This document shows positions 1 through 10,817 of a stretch of DNA of 64,000 nucleotides, piece by piece. The position numbers and the translations under genes are program-made. Within the stretch, counting starts at the first letter, position 1. Each line of letters starts with the position of its first letter. Origin of the DNA: an uncultured Gemmatimonadaceae bacterium. GTDB lineage: Bacteria; Gemmatimonadota; Gemmatimonadetes; Gemmatimonadales; Gemmatimonadaceae. The stretch is from contig CAWJMB010000002.1 in NCBI GenBank assembly GCA_963843845.1, forward strand, positions 3,104,001-3,168,000. The letters run 5' to 3'. Below the pieces are notes generated by a model that searched no databases, was not told the DNA's origin, and saw only the letters and a list, made by a program, of their open reading frames with translations.

Positions 1-1358
1 TTCACGCGGACGCGCGGCGCGGGATAGTCCATGACCGAGCCGCGGTCGTACGACGACGCGATGTAGTTGTGCGACAGGCCCAACGTGTGGCCGACCTCGT
101 GCGCGCTCACCTGCCGCACGCGCGCGAGCACGAACGCCGTGTCCGCCGCCGCCGCCTCGGCGCCCATGAGCCCCGCGTACAGGCCGTAGTCGGTACGGGC
201 GCGGTGCGAGTCCATGCGCGCCATCGCCTTGATGATTTCGCCCGTCCGCGGGTCGCGCGCGCTCCCGCCGACCGACCAGCCACGTTCGTTGCGGTTCTCC
301 CACTGCACGACGTTGTAGCGCGCGTCCATGGGGTCGGCGCCCGCCGGAAGCCACTCGACGCGCAGGCCGCCGGCCAGCCCCGCCTTCGCGAACGCGTCCT
401 CCCACCACTTCACGCCCTGCATCGTCGCCGTCTTGATCGGCTCGGGAATGCCCGGGTCGACGTAGTACATGATCGGATTCTTGATCGGACTCGTCGGATC
501 GTTCGGGTTCACCCGCTCGAGACGGTGGCGCGAGATCCACGACTGGAAGAGCGGTCGCTGGATCGGCGCCGCGTAGTCGGCGAAGCGGATGCCGCCATAG
601 CCGACGCGCGGGTCGGCCGGGCGCGGGCGGTAGCCGGTGCGCAGCGGCAGCAGCGAGACGTGCTCGCGCAGCGTGAACGCCTTGCCGTCCGGCACGATGC
701 GGTCGACGATCGGCCCCGGGCGGTTCGACGCGAACGTCAGCGACACGTCGACCTCGGTGTTCCCGGGGAAGTTGCGCGTCAGCGCGCGGTTGATCCCCGA
801 GCGGTCGCGCGCGACGGCGTAGGTCCCCTGCTGCGTCGCCTCGAGCGTCCGCGTGACGTCGCTCCAGTCGCGCACGAAGAATTCTGTCGCGTCCACCAGC
901 AGGCGAGTGCCCTCGGTGCCGACGAGCGGCAGCGCCGCCACGGTGCTCGGCGGGAACGCTTCGGTCACCGAACGGACGTGCGCCGCATTCGCGGTGTCCG
1001 ACGTGCGGTACTGCCAGTTCTCGAAGACGGCGACGACGCGCTCGCCTTGGCGGTCGAAGCGCACGACGTAGCTGCTGCCGTCCGAGCCGCGATCGAGTCC
1101 GACCGGATTCGATCCGAGTCCCGTCGCGAGCGTCGTGATGAGGAGCGCCCGCGTCGAATCGCTCGGAAGCTCGACGAGCAGCTTCCCCGTGCGCGTGTCG
1201 TGGTAGATCGGCAGGAAGCCGTCCATCCGGTCATACCCGGCGGTCTTGCCGCCGAACGGGCCGGGCTGCGCGGCGGTGGGGCGCGCGACGGCGGCGGTGG
1301 CCACCAGTGCCGCGAGCAACGCGGCGGGGAGTGCGAACGAACGCGGGCGAGGCGGCAT
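1..1358 (-). CDS. Secreted zinc-dependent metalloprotease (EcxA/DUF4953-DUF5117-like), 3' end outside window
   Basis: Manual translation of the minus strand: signal-peptide-like start MPPRPRSFALPAALLAALVATAA at 1358, in frame with SAHEVGHTLGLSHNY...SVMDYPAP (HExxHxxGxxH plus Met-turn) near 20-110. Confidence 0.8.
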   Translation of the reverse strand, partial: MPPRPRSFALPAALLAALVATAAVARPTAAQPGPFGGKTAGYDRMDGFLPIYHDTRTGKLLVELPSDSTRALLITTLATGLGSNPVGLDRGSDGSSYVVRFDRQGERVVAVFENWQYRTSDTANAAHVRSVTEAFPPSTVAALPLVGTEGTRLLVDATEFFVRDWSDVTRTLEATQQGTYAVARDRSGINRALTRNFPGNTEVDVSLTFASNRPGPIVDRIVPDGKAFTLREHVSLLPLRTGYRPRPADPRVGYGGIRFADYAAPIQRPLFQSWISRHRLERVNPNDPTSPIKNPIMYYVDPGIPEPIKTATMQGVKWWEDAFAKAGLAGGLRVEWLPAGADPMDARYNVVQWENRNERGWSVGGSARDPRTGEIIKAMARMDSHRARTDYGLYAGLMGAEAAAADTAFVLARVRQVSAHEVGHTLGLSHNYIASSYDRGSVMDYPAPRVRV

Positions 1359-1470
1359 GGCAGGGGCGCGGAAGGTGACGTCGGCAGTGTCTCGCGTCGC
1401 GCCCGGCTCCGCAAGCGCCTGACCGCACGCCGTCGACTATCTTTCGCGCGTCTCACTTCCACCGACTTCG

Positions 1471-3628
1471 ATGGCCACCACCACACGTCCCACGCGCAAG
1501 AGCGCCCCGGCTGCCAGCCCCACCACCGGGTCGGGCGCGCCGGCGCTGTCGCGCGAGCAGTTGCTCGCGGCCTATCGCACCATGCTCTTGTCGCGCCGCC
1601 TGGACGACAAGGAGGTGCAGCTCAAGCGGCAGAACCGGATCTTCTTCCAGATCTCGGGCGCCGGCCACGAGGCGGTGCTGACCGCCGCCGGCTTCGTGTT
1701 CAAGCCGGCCTACGACTGGTTCTACACGTACTACCGCGACCGCGCGCTCTGCCTCGCCCTCGGCATGACCGCCGCCGAGATGCTCTACTCGGCTGTCGGC
1801 GCGGCGGTCGGACCCGAACTCCGGCGGCCGGCAGATGCCGAGCCACTGGGGACACAAGGCGCTCAACATCGCCTCGTCGTCGTCGCCGACGGGGACGCAG
1901 TTCCTGCAGGGCGTCGGCGCCGCGGAGGGCGACGCTCCGCGCGTCGCAGCTCGGCATCACCGACGGGTTTCAGCACGACGAGGTCGTGCTCGTCTCGACC
2001 GGCGACGGCACGACGAGCCAGGGCGAGTTCTGGGAGTCGCTGAACACGGCGTGCAACCTCAAGCTGCCGGTCGTCTACTTCGTCGAGGACAACGGCTACG
2101 CGATCTCCGTCCCGGTCGAAGTGAACACCGCCGGCGGCTCGATCTCGAACCTCGTCGAGCGCTTTCCCGATCTGCACATCGAGCGAGTCGACGGCTGCGA
2201 CCTGCTCGCGAGCTACGAGGCGATGCTGGCGCGCCGTGCAGCACGCGCGCGACGCGGAAGGGCCCGGCGCTCGTGCACGCGAAGGTCATCCGCCCGTACT
2301 CGCACTCGCTCTCCGACGACGAGACGCTCTACCGTCCCGCCGAGGAGCGTGAAGCGGATGCGCGCGCGCGATCCGCTCATCACGTTCCCGAGGTGGCTCG
2401 TCGCCGAAGGGCACGCGACCGAGCAGGAGCTCGCCGACATCGCCGACGAGCGTGGACGCGGAGGTCCTCGCGGCGACCGACGACGCGTTGACGCAGCCGC
2501 AGCCGGACGCGAGCACCGTCCACTACGCCGTCTATTCGCCCGACGTCGATCCGACCGGCGAGCAGTTCGACACCGAAGACGATCCGCAGTACGCCGGCGG
2601 CGACGACGACGATGATCGACGCGATCAACGCCGTGATGAAGGACGAGATGCGCCGCAACGACCGCATCCTCGTCTTCGGCGAGGACGTGGCCGACGTCTC
2701 GCGCGAGCAGTACCTCGGCAAGGTCAAGGGCAAGGGCGGGGTGTTCAAGGTGACGCACGGGCTCCAGACGGAGTTCGGAGTCGGCGCGCGTCTACAACTC
2801 GCCGCTGGCCGAAGCGAACATCGTCGGCCGCGCGATCGGCCTCGCGCTTCGCGGCTTCAAGCCGGTCGTCGAAGTCCAGTTCTTCGACTACATCTGGACC
2901 GCGTACATGCAGCTCCGCGACGAGCTCGCGACGATGCGGTGGCGCTCGAACAACGCGTTCTCGTCGCCGGTGGTCGTTCGCACGACTTACGGCGGCTACA
3001 TCCGCGGCGCGATCTATCACTCGCAGACCGGCGCGTCGCTGTTCACGCATTGCCCGGGACTGCGCGTCGTCTGCCCGAGCAACGCGACTCGACGCGAACG
3101 GGGCTGCTTCGCACGGCGATTCGCTGCGACGATCCGGTGATCTTCCTCGAGCACAAGCACCTCTACCGTCAGACGTACAACAAGGGCGCGGTATCCGGGC
3201 CCGAACTTCATGATCCCGTTCGGCAAGGCGAAGATCGTTCGCGAAGGGACGGACATAACGCTCGTGACGTACGGCGCGACGGTGCAGCGCGCGCTCGCCG
3301 CCGCGAACCAGGCCGCCGAATCGAGGCGGCCCGAGCGTCGAAGTGATCGACCTCCGCACGCTGTCCCCGTGGGATCACGAGACGGTCTACGCGAGCGTGA
3401 AGAAGACGTCACGCGTCATCGTGGCCTACGAGGACAGCATCGTCGTGGGGCTACGGCGCCGAGATCGCGGCGCGCATCGCGGACGACTGCTTCGCGTGGC
3501 TCGACGCGCCGGTGAAGCGCGTGGCCAGCACGGACACGTTCGTCGGCTACGCGCCGAGCCTCGAGGATGCGATTCTGCCGCAGCAGGAGACGTTCCGGCG
3601 CGCGTACGAAGAGCTGATGCGCTTCTGA
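1471..3628 (+). CDS. Fused alpha/beta E1 subunit of a 2-oxoacid (probably branched-chain) dehydrogenase; several frameshifts
   Basis: Consecutive frames give [31 protein letters not shown]...EDNGYAIS (TPP motif), [25 protein letters not shown] and [10 protein letters not shown]; stop TGA at 3626-3628. Confidence 0.85.
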
Positions 3629-3729
3629 GGCGTCTCGTCGCGTGAGCCAGGCCAGCGACGAAGTCGCTGTGGCGTGTGACGCGCAGCACGCGGCGCGCGT
3701 CGCTGACGGGTGATGCATCGGCACAACAA

Positions 3730-3758
3730 TTGACCGCGGTGATCGCGGTCCGTAGTCT
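3730..3758 (+). promoter_or_regulatory. Putative sigma70 promoter (TTGACC-N17-TAGTCT) upstream of the PEP-CTERM gene
   Basis: Near-consensus -35 and -10 with a 17-bp spacer in an intergenic region. An inverted repeat, GACCGCG-N5-CGCGGTC (3732-3750), overlaps the -35 and spacer. Confidence 0.45.
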
Positions 3759-3881
3759 CGCTGAAGACCAACGCGCTCGGACGACGTGGGCGAGCGCGCT
3801 GGTCATCCGGCGCCGATGGTCATGCATGGCAGTCACATCGGCTGCCGTGTCGTCGCAGCTTCCCGCTTCACCTGCTCGCCT

Positions 3882-4463
3882 ATGCGCCCCATCGCTCGTC
3901 TTGCCGCCATCGCCGCGACGCTGTTCGCGACCGCGGCGCCCGCGTCTGCACAGATCTATTTCAGTGGCGCGCCGGCGTCGGGCACCGACCCGTTCGGGCT
4001 CACCTATCTCACCGACGTCCTGACGGACGGCGGGATCAGCGTGCTGGCGTTCGGGATTCCCGGCTTGAACGCAGGCACGCGTCCGCTCCCGGCGGGCGCG
4101 CCGACGATCGCGTCGTTCGAGATCCGCTTCACCGGCGGATCGCCGCTGTCGACCAATCTCGACACGCTCGATTTCTTCGGGACACGGCTGCTGAACGCGA
4201 CGACCTTCGGCTTCTTCGACGCCGTCGTGTCCGCGGACCGCACGACGGCGACGTTCACGGCGCCGGCCGGACTCGAGATCGATCCTGGCGAACGGTTCTT
4301 CGTGAATGTCGTGTTCGCCGGTACCGACCTCCCGACGACCTTCGACGCGGTCTACAACGGCACGCTCGGCGCCACCGCCGTGCCGGAGCCAGCGACGATC
4401 GTGCTCGTCGCGACTGGGCTCGCCGGCGTCACGATGCTCGCGCGACGACGCCGACACGCCTGA
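3882..4463 (+). CDS. PEP-CTERM sorting domain protein
   Basis: Signal peptide ending ASAQ; C-terminus VPEPATIVLVATGLAGVTMLARRRRHA. Confidence 0.9.
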   Translation: MRPIARLAAIAATLFATAAPASAQIYFSGAPASGTDPFGLTYLTDVLTDGGISVLAFGIPGLNAGTRPLPAGAPTIASFEIRFTGGSPLSTNLDTLDFFGTRLLNATTFGFFDAVVSADRTTATFTAPAGLEIDPGERFFVNVVFAGTDLPTTFDAVYNGTLGATAVPEPATIVLVATGLAGVTMLARRRRHA

Positions 4464-4622
4464 CGAGGCCCGGGTGCGCACGGGGCCGGCCGCTCGATGC
4501 GAGTGGCCGGCCCCGTCGCGCTGCGCCCCCGCGTCGGTCGGCACTGCTCGCGCGTCGGGAACCCTTCGCGGTGGCCGCGACGGCGCGGGCTCGGCGAAGA
4601 TCCGCGAAACTCTCGCGCGCGC

Positions 4623-4642
4623 TACACTGTAGGGACAGTGTA
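4623..4642. promoter_or_regulatory. Perfect palindrome TACACTGT-AGGG-ACAGTGTA, candidate operator
   Basis: 8-bp AT-rich arms, ending 25 bp upstream of the ATG at 4668. Confidence 0.5.
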
Positions 4643-4667
4643 CCCGACTGGCCTTCCGCGGAGTGAC

Positions 4668-4967
4668 ATGCTGATCATGCTCTCGCTCATCGTTTCGTTC
4701 CTGATCTCGCTCGCCGTGGCGTTCGTCGCGTTCCGCGCGGCCCGCGGCTTCGTGCGCGAGCGGCTCCGCTACGTCGACGCGGCGCAGCGCGGCTCGACCC
4801 CCTGGCTCGCCGGCGGCGCAGCGTTCGTCATCGGCGCCATCCTGTCATCGATCTTTCCCAGCCTGCTGCCGGTCACGCTGACGTTCGCGCTCGCGATCGG
4901 GACCGGGGTCGCGGCGGGAGCGCGCGACATCCGATCGGGCAATCACTACCTCGGCGACGGGTTCTGA
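4668..4967 (+). CDS. Small membrane protein (about 3 TM helices)
   Basis: Hydrophobic segments MLIMLSLIVSFLISLAVAFVAF, WLAGGAAFVIGAILSSIF and LLPVTLTFALAIGTGVAAG; GGAG upstream. Confidence 0.7.
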   Translation: MLIMLSLIVSFLISLAVAFVAFRAARGFVRERLRYVDAAQRGSTPWLAGGAAFVIGAILSSIFPSLLPVTLTFALAIGTGVAAGARDIRSGNHYLGDGF

Positions 4968-5521
4968 CTGTCTGACGCGAGCGCGGGCAGATACCGCTCG
5001 CGCAGCAGCGTCACGTGATGCCGCTCGTGCCCCGCGATGATCCACGCGACGGCGCGCGCCGAGAGTGGCGCGCCGCTCGCGACGACGCGGCGGAGCAGCT
5101 CCTCGTCGTCGAGATTGTTGAACAGCGACAGTGTGGCGCGGCGCACGGCGGACCATTCGCCCAGTAGACTGTTCAGCGACCTCGCGTCGAAGCGGGCGTT
5201 GTCGACGTACACGTTCTCGTCGAACCCCGGCACCGCGCCCTGTTCGCCCCGCGCCGCGCAGAGCGCGCGATAACAGAAGATCCGCTCCGTGTCCGACACG
5301 TGGCCGACCATCTGCTTGATGCTCCACTTGCCGGGCGCGTAGCGCGTCGCGGCGCCGCGCTCGCCGACATCGGTGAGCAGCATGATCGTGTCCTCGAACT
5401 GCGTCTCGAGCCGCGCGAGCACGTCGCCGTCGGGCACCTGGCTGACGTAGCGGCCGAAGTAGGCGAGATGTTCGTCGGCTGCGGGCCGTACGGCGAGTAC
5501 CGTCGCGGTGGAGACAGTCAT
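4946..5521 (-). CDS. DinB family protein
   Basis: YAPGKWSIKQMVGHVSDTERIF and IIAGHERHH motifs. Confidence 0.85.
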   Translation of the reverse strand: MTVSTATVLAVRPAADEHLAYFGRYVSQVPDGDVLARLETQFEDTIMLLTDVGERGAATRYAPGKWSIKQMVGHVSDTERIFCYRALCAARGEQGAVPGFDENVYVDNARFDARSLNSLLGEWSAVRRATLSLFNNLDDEELLRRVVASGAPLSARAVAWIIAGHERHHVTLLRERYLPALASDSQNPSPR

Positions 5522-6283
5522 CGGTCGGAGTCGTGCTCGGGGGTGGATGCCGCACCGGCGCCGCCGGCGGGGCGGACCGGCGCCGGTGCGCAGCGGCCGC
5601 CGGCGAGCGTCGCGGTCGGCGCGAGTCGCATCTCGCATGTCGACGCGACGCCGTACCTGGTGTTGAACGCCCGCTGCGCGGCGGCCAGCGCGTCGGCCTT
5701 GCGCGTGAGCGCGGCGACGTCGGTCGAACGCGGGCAGTAGACGAGGAACTCCTCCGGCCCGCCGCAGGCGCGCTCGCCGAGCGGCAGCACGCCACACTGG
5801 CCGGCGGTGGAGCAGCCATCGGTGTGTGCCAGCGCGCGCGCCTCGCCGCGCAGTCGATCGATGGCGCGGCGGTCCGACGCCTCATCTCCGTGCAGCATCG
5901 TGTCCTGCGGCGGCATCGGCATCGGCACCGGATGCGGCGGGCGCGGCACCAGCCCCGGGCGACGCGGCGCCGTGTCGGTCCGGGGCGAGTCCGCCCGCGC
6001 CGAGTCGACGACGTCCGGAGGTGCCGGGCGCGGCCAGGCTGCGATCGGCGGGCGGGGGGAGCTCCGACGCGGGGCGGGTCGGCTCTGCCGCGGCCGCACT
6101 CCCCGGAGGGGTGTCTGACGCGGGTGCACCATTCGCCGACGCCGGCGTCCCGGAGGTCGTGGCAGCGGTCGCCGCCGTCGAGTCGGCGCGCGGCGACGAG
6201 GCGGTGCACGCAGCGAGCGCGGCGGCGACGCAGGCCAGCGCGCCGCGGACGAGGGTTCGTTCGAGCTGTCGACGCGGACGCAT
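5518..6283 (-). CDS. Hypothetical lipoprotein with Pro-rich linker and Cys-rich C-terminal domain; one frameshift
   Basis: Lipobox ALAAC in one frame; C-terminal GCSTAGQC...ACGGPEEFLVYC...STCE...GRC in another frame. Its stop overlaps the DinB start. Confidence 0.6.
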
Positions 6284-6299
6284 CTCGTCGCTCCGTGAC

Positions 6300-8009
6300 T
6301 CAGGGTGCCCGCTCGTACACCACCCGCCCGCCGACGATCGTCATGGTGACGCGCGCGTCGCGGATCGTCGCTGGCGGGATCCGCGTCAGGTCGCGATCGA
6401 TCAGCACGAAGTCCGCGAGCCGCCCGCGATCGAGCGTTCCACGGTCCCCCTCGTCGAACGAGGCGTACGCGCCGCCCTGCGTGTAGGCGCGCAGCGCCTG
6501 CTCGACGGTGATCTTCTGCTCTGGCACCCAGCCGTCCGGGTGCGCACCGTCGAGCGTGCGGCGGGTGACGGCGGCATAGATCCCCTCGAGCGGCGTCGGC
6601 GGCGCGACGAACCAGTCGCTTCCGAACGCGAGCGTCGCGCCCGCCTCCAGCAGCGCGCGAAACGCGTACGTCCCCTTCGCGCGCTCGGCACCGATGACTC
6701 GCTCCGCCCAGCGCCCGTCGTCGATCGCGTGGTACGGCTGCATGCTCGGGATGACGCCCAACGCCGCGAACCGTGGCACGTCGGCCGGTGCCAGGTGCTG
6801 CGCGTGCTCGATGCGGAAGCGGCGGTCGCGCGGCCCGTTCTCGCTCGCTACGCGAGCGAAAACATCTAGTTGGAAGCGGATCGCGCGGTCGCCGATCGCG
6901 TGCACGATGACGTGCAGCCCCGCGGCGTCGGCGCCTTTCGTCCACGCGTAGAGCTGCTCGGGGGGCGTGACGAACAGCCCGCGGTCGTTCGGCGCGTCGC
7001 TGAACGGCTCGAGCATGAGCGCCGTGTGGCTGCCCAACGAGCCGTCGACGAACGCCTTGAGTCCGCCGAGTCGCAGCCAGGCGTCGCCGCGGCCGCGGAC
7101 GGCGATCGTGTCGCGCAACCGCTCCCACGACGAGAGCGGGACCGCGGCGTAGATGCGGGTGCGGAGCGCCCCGGCCCGGTGCGCGCGCTCGAACGTGGCG
7201 AGGTGATCCCACGTCCCCATGTTGTGGACCGCGGTGACGCCCTGTGCGGCGACGTAGTCCATCGCCGCGTTCAACGCTCTGTCTTTCAGCGCGTCGCTCG
7301 GCTCCGCGACGGCGTGGTCGACGAGCGACATGGCGTTGTCCTTGAAGACGCCGGCCGGCTCGCCGCTCGCGTCGCGCACGATCGTGCCGCCGTCGACGTC
7401 GTTCGTCGCGCGCGTGACGCCGGCAAGACGGAGCGCGGCGGAGTTCGCGACCGCCATGTGCCCATCGAGTCGGCTCACCCACACCGGGTGGTTCGGCGTC
7501 ACGGTGTCGAGCCATGCCCGCGTGGGGAGCTCGCCGCCCCACCGTTCGTGGTCCCAGTCGCCGCCAGTGATCCACGTGCCGTTCGGGACCGTCGCCGCGA
7601 ACGCCCCGATGCGGGCGACGAACTCCGCCGGCGTCGCCGCGTCGCGGAGCTGCACCGACGCGAGCCGGAAGCCGCCGTCGACGAAGTGGACGTGCGCGTC
7701 GATGAAGCCGGGGACGACCATCTGCCCCTTCGCGTCGATGACACGGGCGCCGGCCGACGCCAGCTTCCGGACCTCGGCGCTCGACCCCACGGCGGCGAGC
7801 CGGTCGCCGCGCACGGCGAGCGCGTCGGCCCACGGGCGCTGCGGGTTACCGGTCCAGACGCGCGCGTTGACGACGGCGAGCGTGACCGCCTCGGGCGGCG
7901 CCACCGGCGCGGGCTGCGCGCCGAGCGAGCGACTCATGAGCGTGGCGGCGAGCGCACCGGCGAGCGCACCGGCGAGCGCACCGGCGAGCGCACCGGCCGG
8001 ACGGCGCAC
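6300..8009 (-). CDS. Amidohydrolase family 3 (YtcJ-like), secreted
   Basis: PGFIDAHVH, DGHMAVANS, KAFVDGSLGS, HAIGDRA, RIEHAQ and FGSDW motifs. Confidence 0.9.
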   Translation of the reverse strand: MRRPAGALAGALAGALAGALAATLMSRSLGAQPAPVAPPEAVTLAVVNARVWTGNPQRPWADALAVRGDRLAAVGSSAEVRKLASAGARVIDAKGQMVVPGFIDAHVHFVDGGFRLASVQLRDAATPAEFVARIGAFAATVPNGTWITGGDWDHERWGGELPTRAWLDTVTPNHPVWVSRLDGHMAVANSAALRLAGVTRATNDVDGGTIVRDASGEPAGVFKDNAMSLVDHAVAEPSDALKDRALNAAMDYVAAQGVTAVHNMGTWDHLATFERAHRAGALRTRIYAAVPLSSWERLRDTIAVRGRGDAWLRLGGLKAFVDGSLGSHTALMLEPFSDAPNDRGLFVTPPEQLYAWTKGADAAGLHVIVHAIGDRAIRFQLDVFARVASENGPRDRRFRIEHAQHLAPADVPRFAALGVIPSMQPYHAIDDGRWAERVIGAERAKGTYAFRALLEAGATLAFGSDWFVAPPTPLEGIYAAVTRRTLDGAHPDGWVPEQKITVEQALRAYTQGGAYASFDEGDRGTLDRGRLADFVLIDRDLTRIPPATIRDARVTMTIVGGRVVYERAP

Positions 8010-8031
8010 GAGCGGTCGAGCGCGCGCGCCG

Positions 8032-8361
8032 TCAGCGCCGCTGCTGCTCGGCCGCGTCGCGCACGTCGAGCAGGATCTCGAAGTAGAGCTGCTCGCGGCG
8101 GTACGCGAAGTCGAGCGTCGCCATCTGCGCGGCGTCGCCGGAGGCTTGAGCGCGCTCGAACGCCTCGCGATACATCTCGTCGAGGTTCGCCAGGATCTTG
8201 TCGCGGGAGCGGGACATGCGCAGGGATGGGAGAGAGTGCAGCGCCTGGCCGGTGAGTCGCGGCGGGGCGTCGTCGTGCCGCTCGGTCGCCGACTCGTCCG
8301 GGTTGAACAGCTTCTGCGCGGTGTCGAGGAGAAAGCGGCGCGGGTTCAGCGGGTTCGTCAC
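8032..8361 (-). CDS. Hypothetical protein (start GTG 8361 or ATG 8217)
   Basis: Protein-like helical sequence RSRDKILANLDEMYREAF...LYFEILLDVRD. Confidence 0.6.
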   Translation of the reverse strand: MTNPLNPRRFLLDTAQKLFNPDESATERHDDAPPRLTGQALHSLPSLRMSRSRDKILANLDEMYREAFERAQASGDAAQMATLDFAYRREQLYFEILLDVRDAAEQQRR

Positions 8362-8417
8362 AGAGAGCGTGCTTCCGGCACGGGCGCGATGAGCAACGAG
8401 CGACGACACGAGCGGCG

Positions 8418-8723
8418 ATGAAACGGAGCGAGCTGTTCGCGCGCGACGGCTATCGGTGCGTGTACTGCGGCGAGGTCTTCCCCGCGGACGCCCTGAGCGT
8501 CGATCACGTGCAGCCGCGCGCGCGCGGCGGCGACGGCTCCGCGGGCAACCTAGTAACGGCCTGTGAGGCGTGCAACACGCGCAAAGGCCACCAGCGACTG
8601 GCCGAGTTCCTCGCCGGGGACGCGGCCGCGCGAGCGCACTTCTTTCGCCTCGCGACGCACGTGTGGGAACGACATCTGCGCGCGGTGCGGGAGGAGGTGG
8701 CGCGGCGGGTGCGAGATGCCTAA
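8418..8723 (+). CDS. Small HNH endonuclease
   Basis: RDGYRCVYCG...DHVQPRARGG...NLVTACEACNTRKG. Confidence 0.9.
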   Translation: MKRSELFARDGYRCVYCGEVFPADALSVDHVQPRARGGDGSAGNLVTACEACNTRKGHQRLAEFLAGDAAARAHFFRLATHVWERHLRAVREEVARRVRDA

Positions 8724-9061
8724 CGCGCGGGAGCGTCGAGGCGGTGAAACACGGCCTCCTCGACGACGCGTCCCCCTTTGAGATGCTCGACCACGATGCG
8801 CTCGAGGAGCTTCGGCGTGACGCTCCAGTACCAGACGCCGTCGGGGTACACGACGACGATCGGGCCGGCCGCGCAGACGCCGAGGCAGGGGGTCTCACCG
8901 CGCTTGACGCGGGTGGAGCCGAAGAGCAGCCCCTCGCGTTGCAGCAGGCGCGCGAGCTCGGCGTAGATCTCGCGGCCGCGGCGGTCGGGCGAGCAGTAGC
9001 TGCCCGTGCAGACGATCACGTGGCGGGTGTAGCGCTCCATGAGCGGGAGCGGGGACGGCAT
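8720..9061 (-). CDS. Thioredoxin-like [2Fe-2S] ferredoxin
   Basis: HVIVCTGSYC...CLGVCAAGPIVVVYPDGVWY...IVVEHLKGG. Confidence 0.88.
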   Translation of the reverse strand: MPSPLPLMERYTRHVIVCTGSYCSPDRRGREIYAELARLLQREGLLFGSTRVKRGETPCLGVCAAGPIVVVYPDGVWYWSVTPKLLERIVVEHLKGGRVVEEAVFHRLDAPAR

Positions 9062-9083
9062 CGACGACTCGGCTCCCGGCGAG

Positions 9084-9383
9084 CTACTTCCCGCGGCGCG
9101 ACGCGGCGTGGCGAAGCTGGCGGTCGCGCAGCACCATCCGCGTGCCGGCGAGCGTGGCGGCGCAGCCGGCGAGCGAGAGGGCGGGTCCGAGCAGCGGGGC
9201 GGCGCGGAGGTAGATCGAGGCGGCGGCGCTGAGGAGGAAGCCGACGCCGCACGCGGCGAGGCCGCGGGCCTGCTGGCGGGGCGCGTGGCCGGTGCGCCAG
9301 ACGTACGAGGCGTAGGCGAGCAGGGCGGCGCCGCCGGCGGTGACGCAGCTGTGGAGCAGTGTGTCTCGGTCGAGCGGTGACAT
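9084..9383 (-). CDS. Small membrane protein
   Basis: Three hydrophobic segments in a 99-aa ORF that fills the gap between neighbouring genes. Confidence 0.55.
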   Translation of the reverse strand: MSPLDRDTLLHSCVTAGGAALLAYASYVWRTGHAPRQQARGLAACGVGFLLSAAASIYLRAAPLLGPALSLAGCAATLAGTRMVLRDRQLRHAASRRGK

Positions 9384-9489
9384 GCGCGCAAGCTAACGGC
9401 GTCGGCGCGGCGAGCACCGGCTCGCGTCCGACACGCGCCCGCTAGCTTTGAGGCAGCATGCTGCATCGAACCCGTTCGATCCCGAGACC

Positions 9490-10407
9490 ATGAGCGCGAC
9501 CGACCCCGCCATCGCCGCGAAAGGCTACGCCCACCCCGAGGTGCTCGTCTCGACCGACTGGGTCGCGGCGCACCTCGACGACCCTGCCGTCCGCGTGCTC
9601 GAGAGCGACGAGGACGTGCTGCTCTACGACCTCGGCCACGTCCCCGGCGCGCAGAAGATCGACTGGCACCACGACCTGAACGACGCGACCGTGCGCGACT
9701 ACGTCGACCGCGCGGGCTTCGAGTCGCTGCTCCGCGCGTTGGGCATCGACGACTCGCACACGGTCGTGCTCTACGGCGACAAGAACAACTGGTGGGCGAC
9801 GTACGTCTTCTGGGTGTTCAAGCTGTTCGGCTTCCGCGACGTGCGCGTGATGGATGGCGGGCGGACGAAGTGGGAGCAGGAGGGGCGCCCCCTCGTCACC
9901 GACGCGCGGCGCCATCCCGCGACCCGGTACTCGGCGCCCGAGCGGAGCGACGCGCAGATCCGCGCCTACATGGACGAGGTGCGCGCGCACATCCGGCAGC
10001 CGGCGGGCGAGCGCAAACTCGTCGACGTGCGGTCGCCGCAGGAGTTCACCGGCGAGCGCACGCACATGCCCGACTATCCGCAGGAAGGAACGCTGCGCGG
10101 CGGACACATCCCGGGTGCGCGCTCGGTCCCGTGGGCGCGGGCCGCGAACGCCGACGGCTCGTTCAAGTCGGCCGACGAACTGCGCGCGATCTACGAGGGC
10201 GAGCAGGGGCTCTCGCAGGACGACGACGTCGTCACGTACTGTCGCATCGGCGAGCGATCCAGCCACACCTGGTTCGCGCTCAGGTACCTCCTCGGCTATC
10301 CGCGCGTTCGCAACTACGACGGGAGCTGGACCGAGTGGGGGAACGCCGTGCGCGCGCCGATCGAGAAAGGCGCCGCCGCACCGGCGGGCACGGAGGGCGC
10401 ACGATGA
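9490..10407 (+). CDS. sseA: Thiosulfate/3-mercaptopyruvate sulfurtransferase (tandem rhodanese)
   Basis: [34 protein letters not shown] and YDGSWTEWG motifs. Confidence 0.9.
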   Translation: MSATDPAIAAKGYAHPEVLVSTDWVAAHLDDPAVRVLESDEDVLLYDLGHVPGAQKIDWHHDLNDATVRDYVDRAGFESLLRALGIDDSHTVVLYGDKNNWWATYVFWVFKLFGFRDVRVMDGGRTKWEQEGRPLVTDARRHPATRYSAPERSDAQIRAYMDEVRAHIRQPAGERKLVDVRSPQEFTGERTHMPDYPQEGTLRGGHIPGARSVPWARAANADGSFKSADELRAIYEGEQGLSQDDDVVTYCRIGERSSHTWFALRYLLGYPRVRNYDGSWTEWGNAVRAPIEKGAAAPAGTEGAR

Positions 10408-10817
10408 GCGGCCCGACGAATCGCGTCGAGATCACGTGGGCCGGCGACCGGCGCTTCGACGCCGGCCGCCCCGGCGGTCCGACGATCCGCCTCGACGGCA
10501 CCGCCGAGACGGGCCCGGGACCGGTCGACGCGCTCCTCGCGGCCCTCGGCGCCTGCACGGCGATCGACGTCGTCGAGATTCTCGCGAAGCGGAAGACGCC
10601 GGTCGAGTCGCTGACGATCGAGGTCGTCGGGGACCGGCAGGACGGCATCCCGAAGCGTGTCGTCCGCGCGACGCTGGTCTACCACATGCGCGGCGCCGGC
10701 ATCGAGCGGGCGCACGCCGAGCGGGCGATCGAGCTGGCGGTGACGAAGTACTGCTCGGTGCGCGACTCGCTCGACCCGGCGATGCCGGTGGAGTGGCGGC
10801 TCGAGCTGGAGGGGTGA
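10404..10817 (+). CDS. OsmC family protein
   Basis: [19 protein letters not shown]...KYCSV; ATGA overlap with sseA. Confidence 0.88.
   Translation: MSGPTNRVEITWAGDRRFDAGRPGGPTIRLDGTAETGPGPVDALLAALGACTAIDVVEILAKRKTPVESLTIEVVGDRQDGIPKRVVRATLVYHMRGAGIERAHAERAIELAVTKYCSVRDSLDPAMPVEWRLELEG

Noticed and set aside
69..2615. Long Arg-rich ORFs such as 69-2615(+), 24490-27345(+), 56473-58866(+) and 58945-61335(+)
   Set aside because: Antisense or off-frame shadows of real genes in high-GC DNA; low complexity and no motifs.
1471..3628. Apparent pseudogenisation or programmed frameshifting of the E1 dehydrogenase (also M1 peptidase, cobB, glpD, EamA and PIG-L copy 2)
   Set aside because: Indels cluster in patches across unrelated conserved genes, fall in GC runs, and leave motifs intact without evident in-frame decay. 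This is typical of low-coverage long-read error. Read mapping would settle it.
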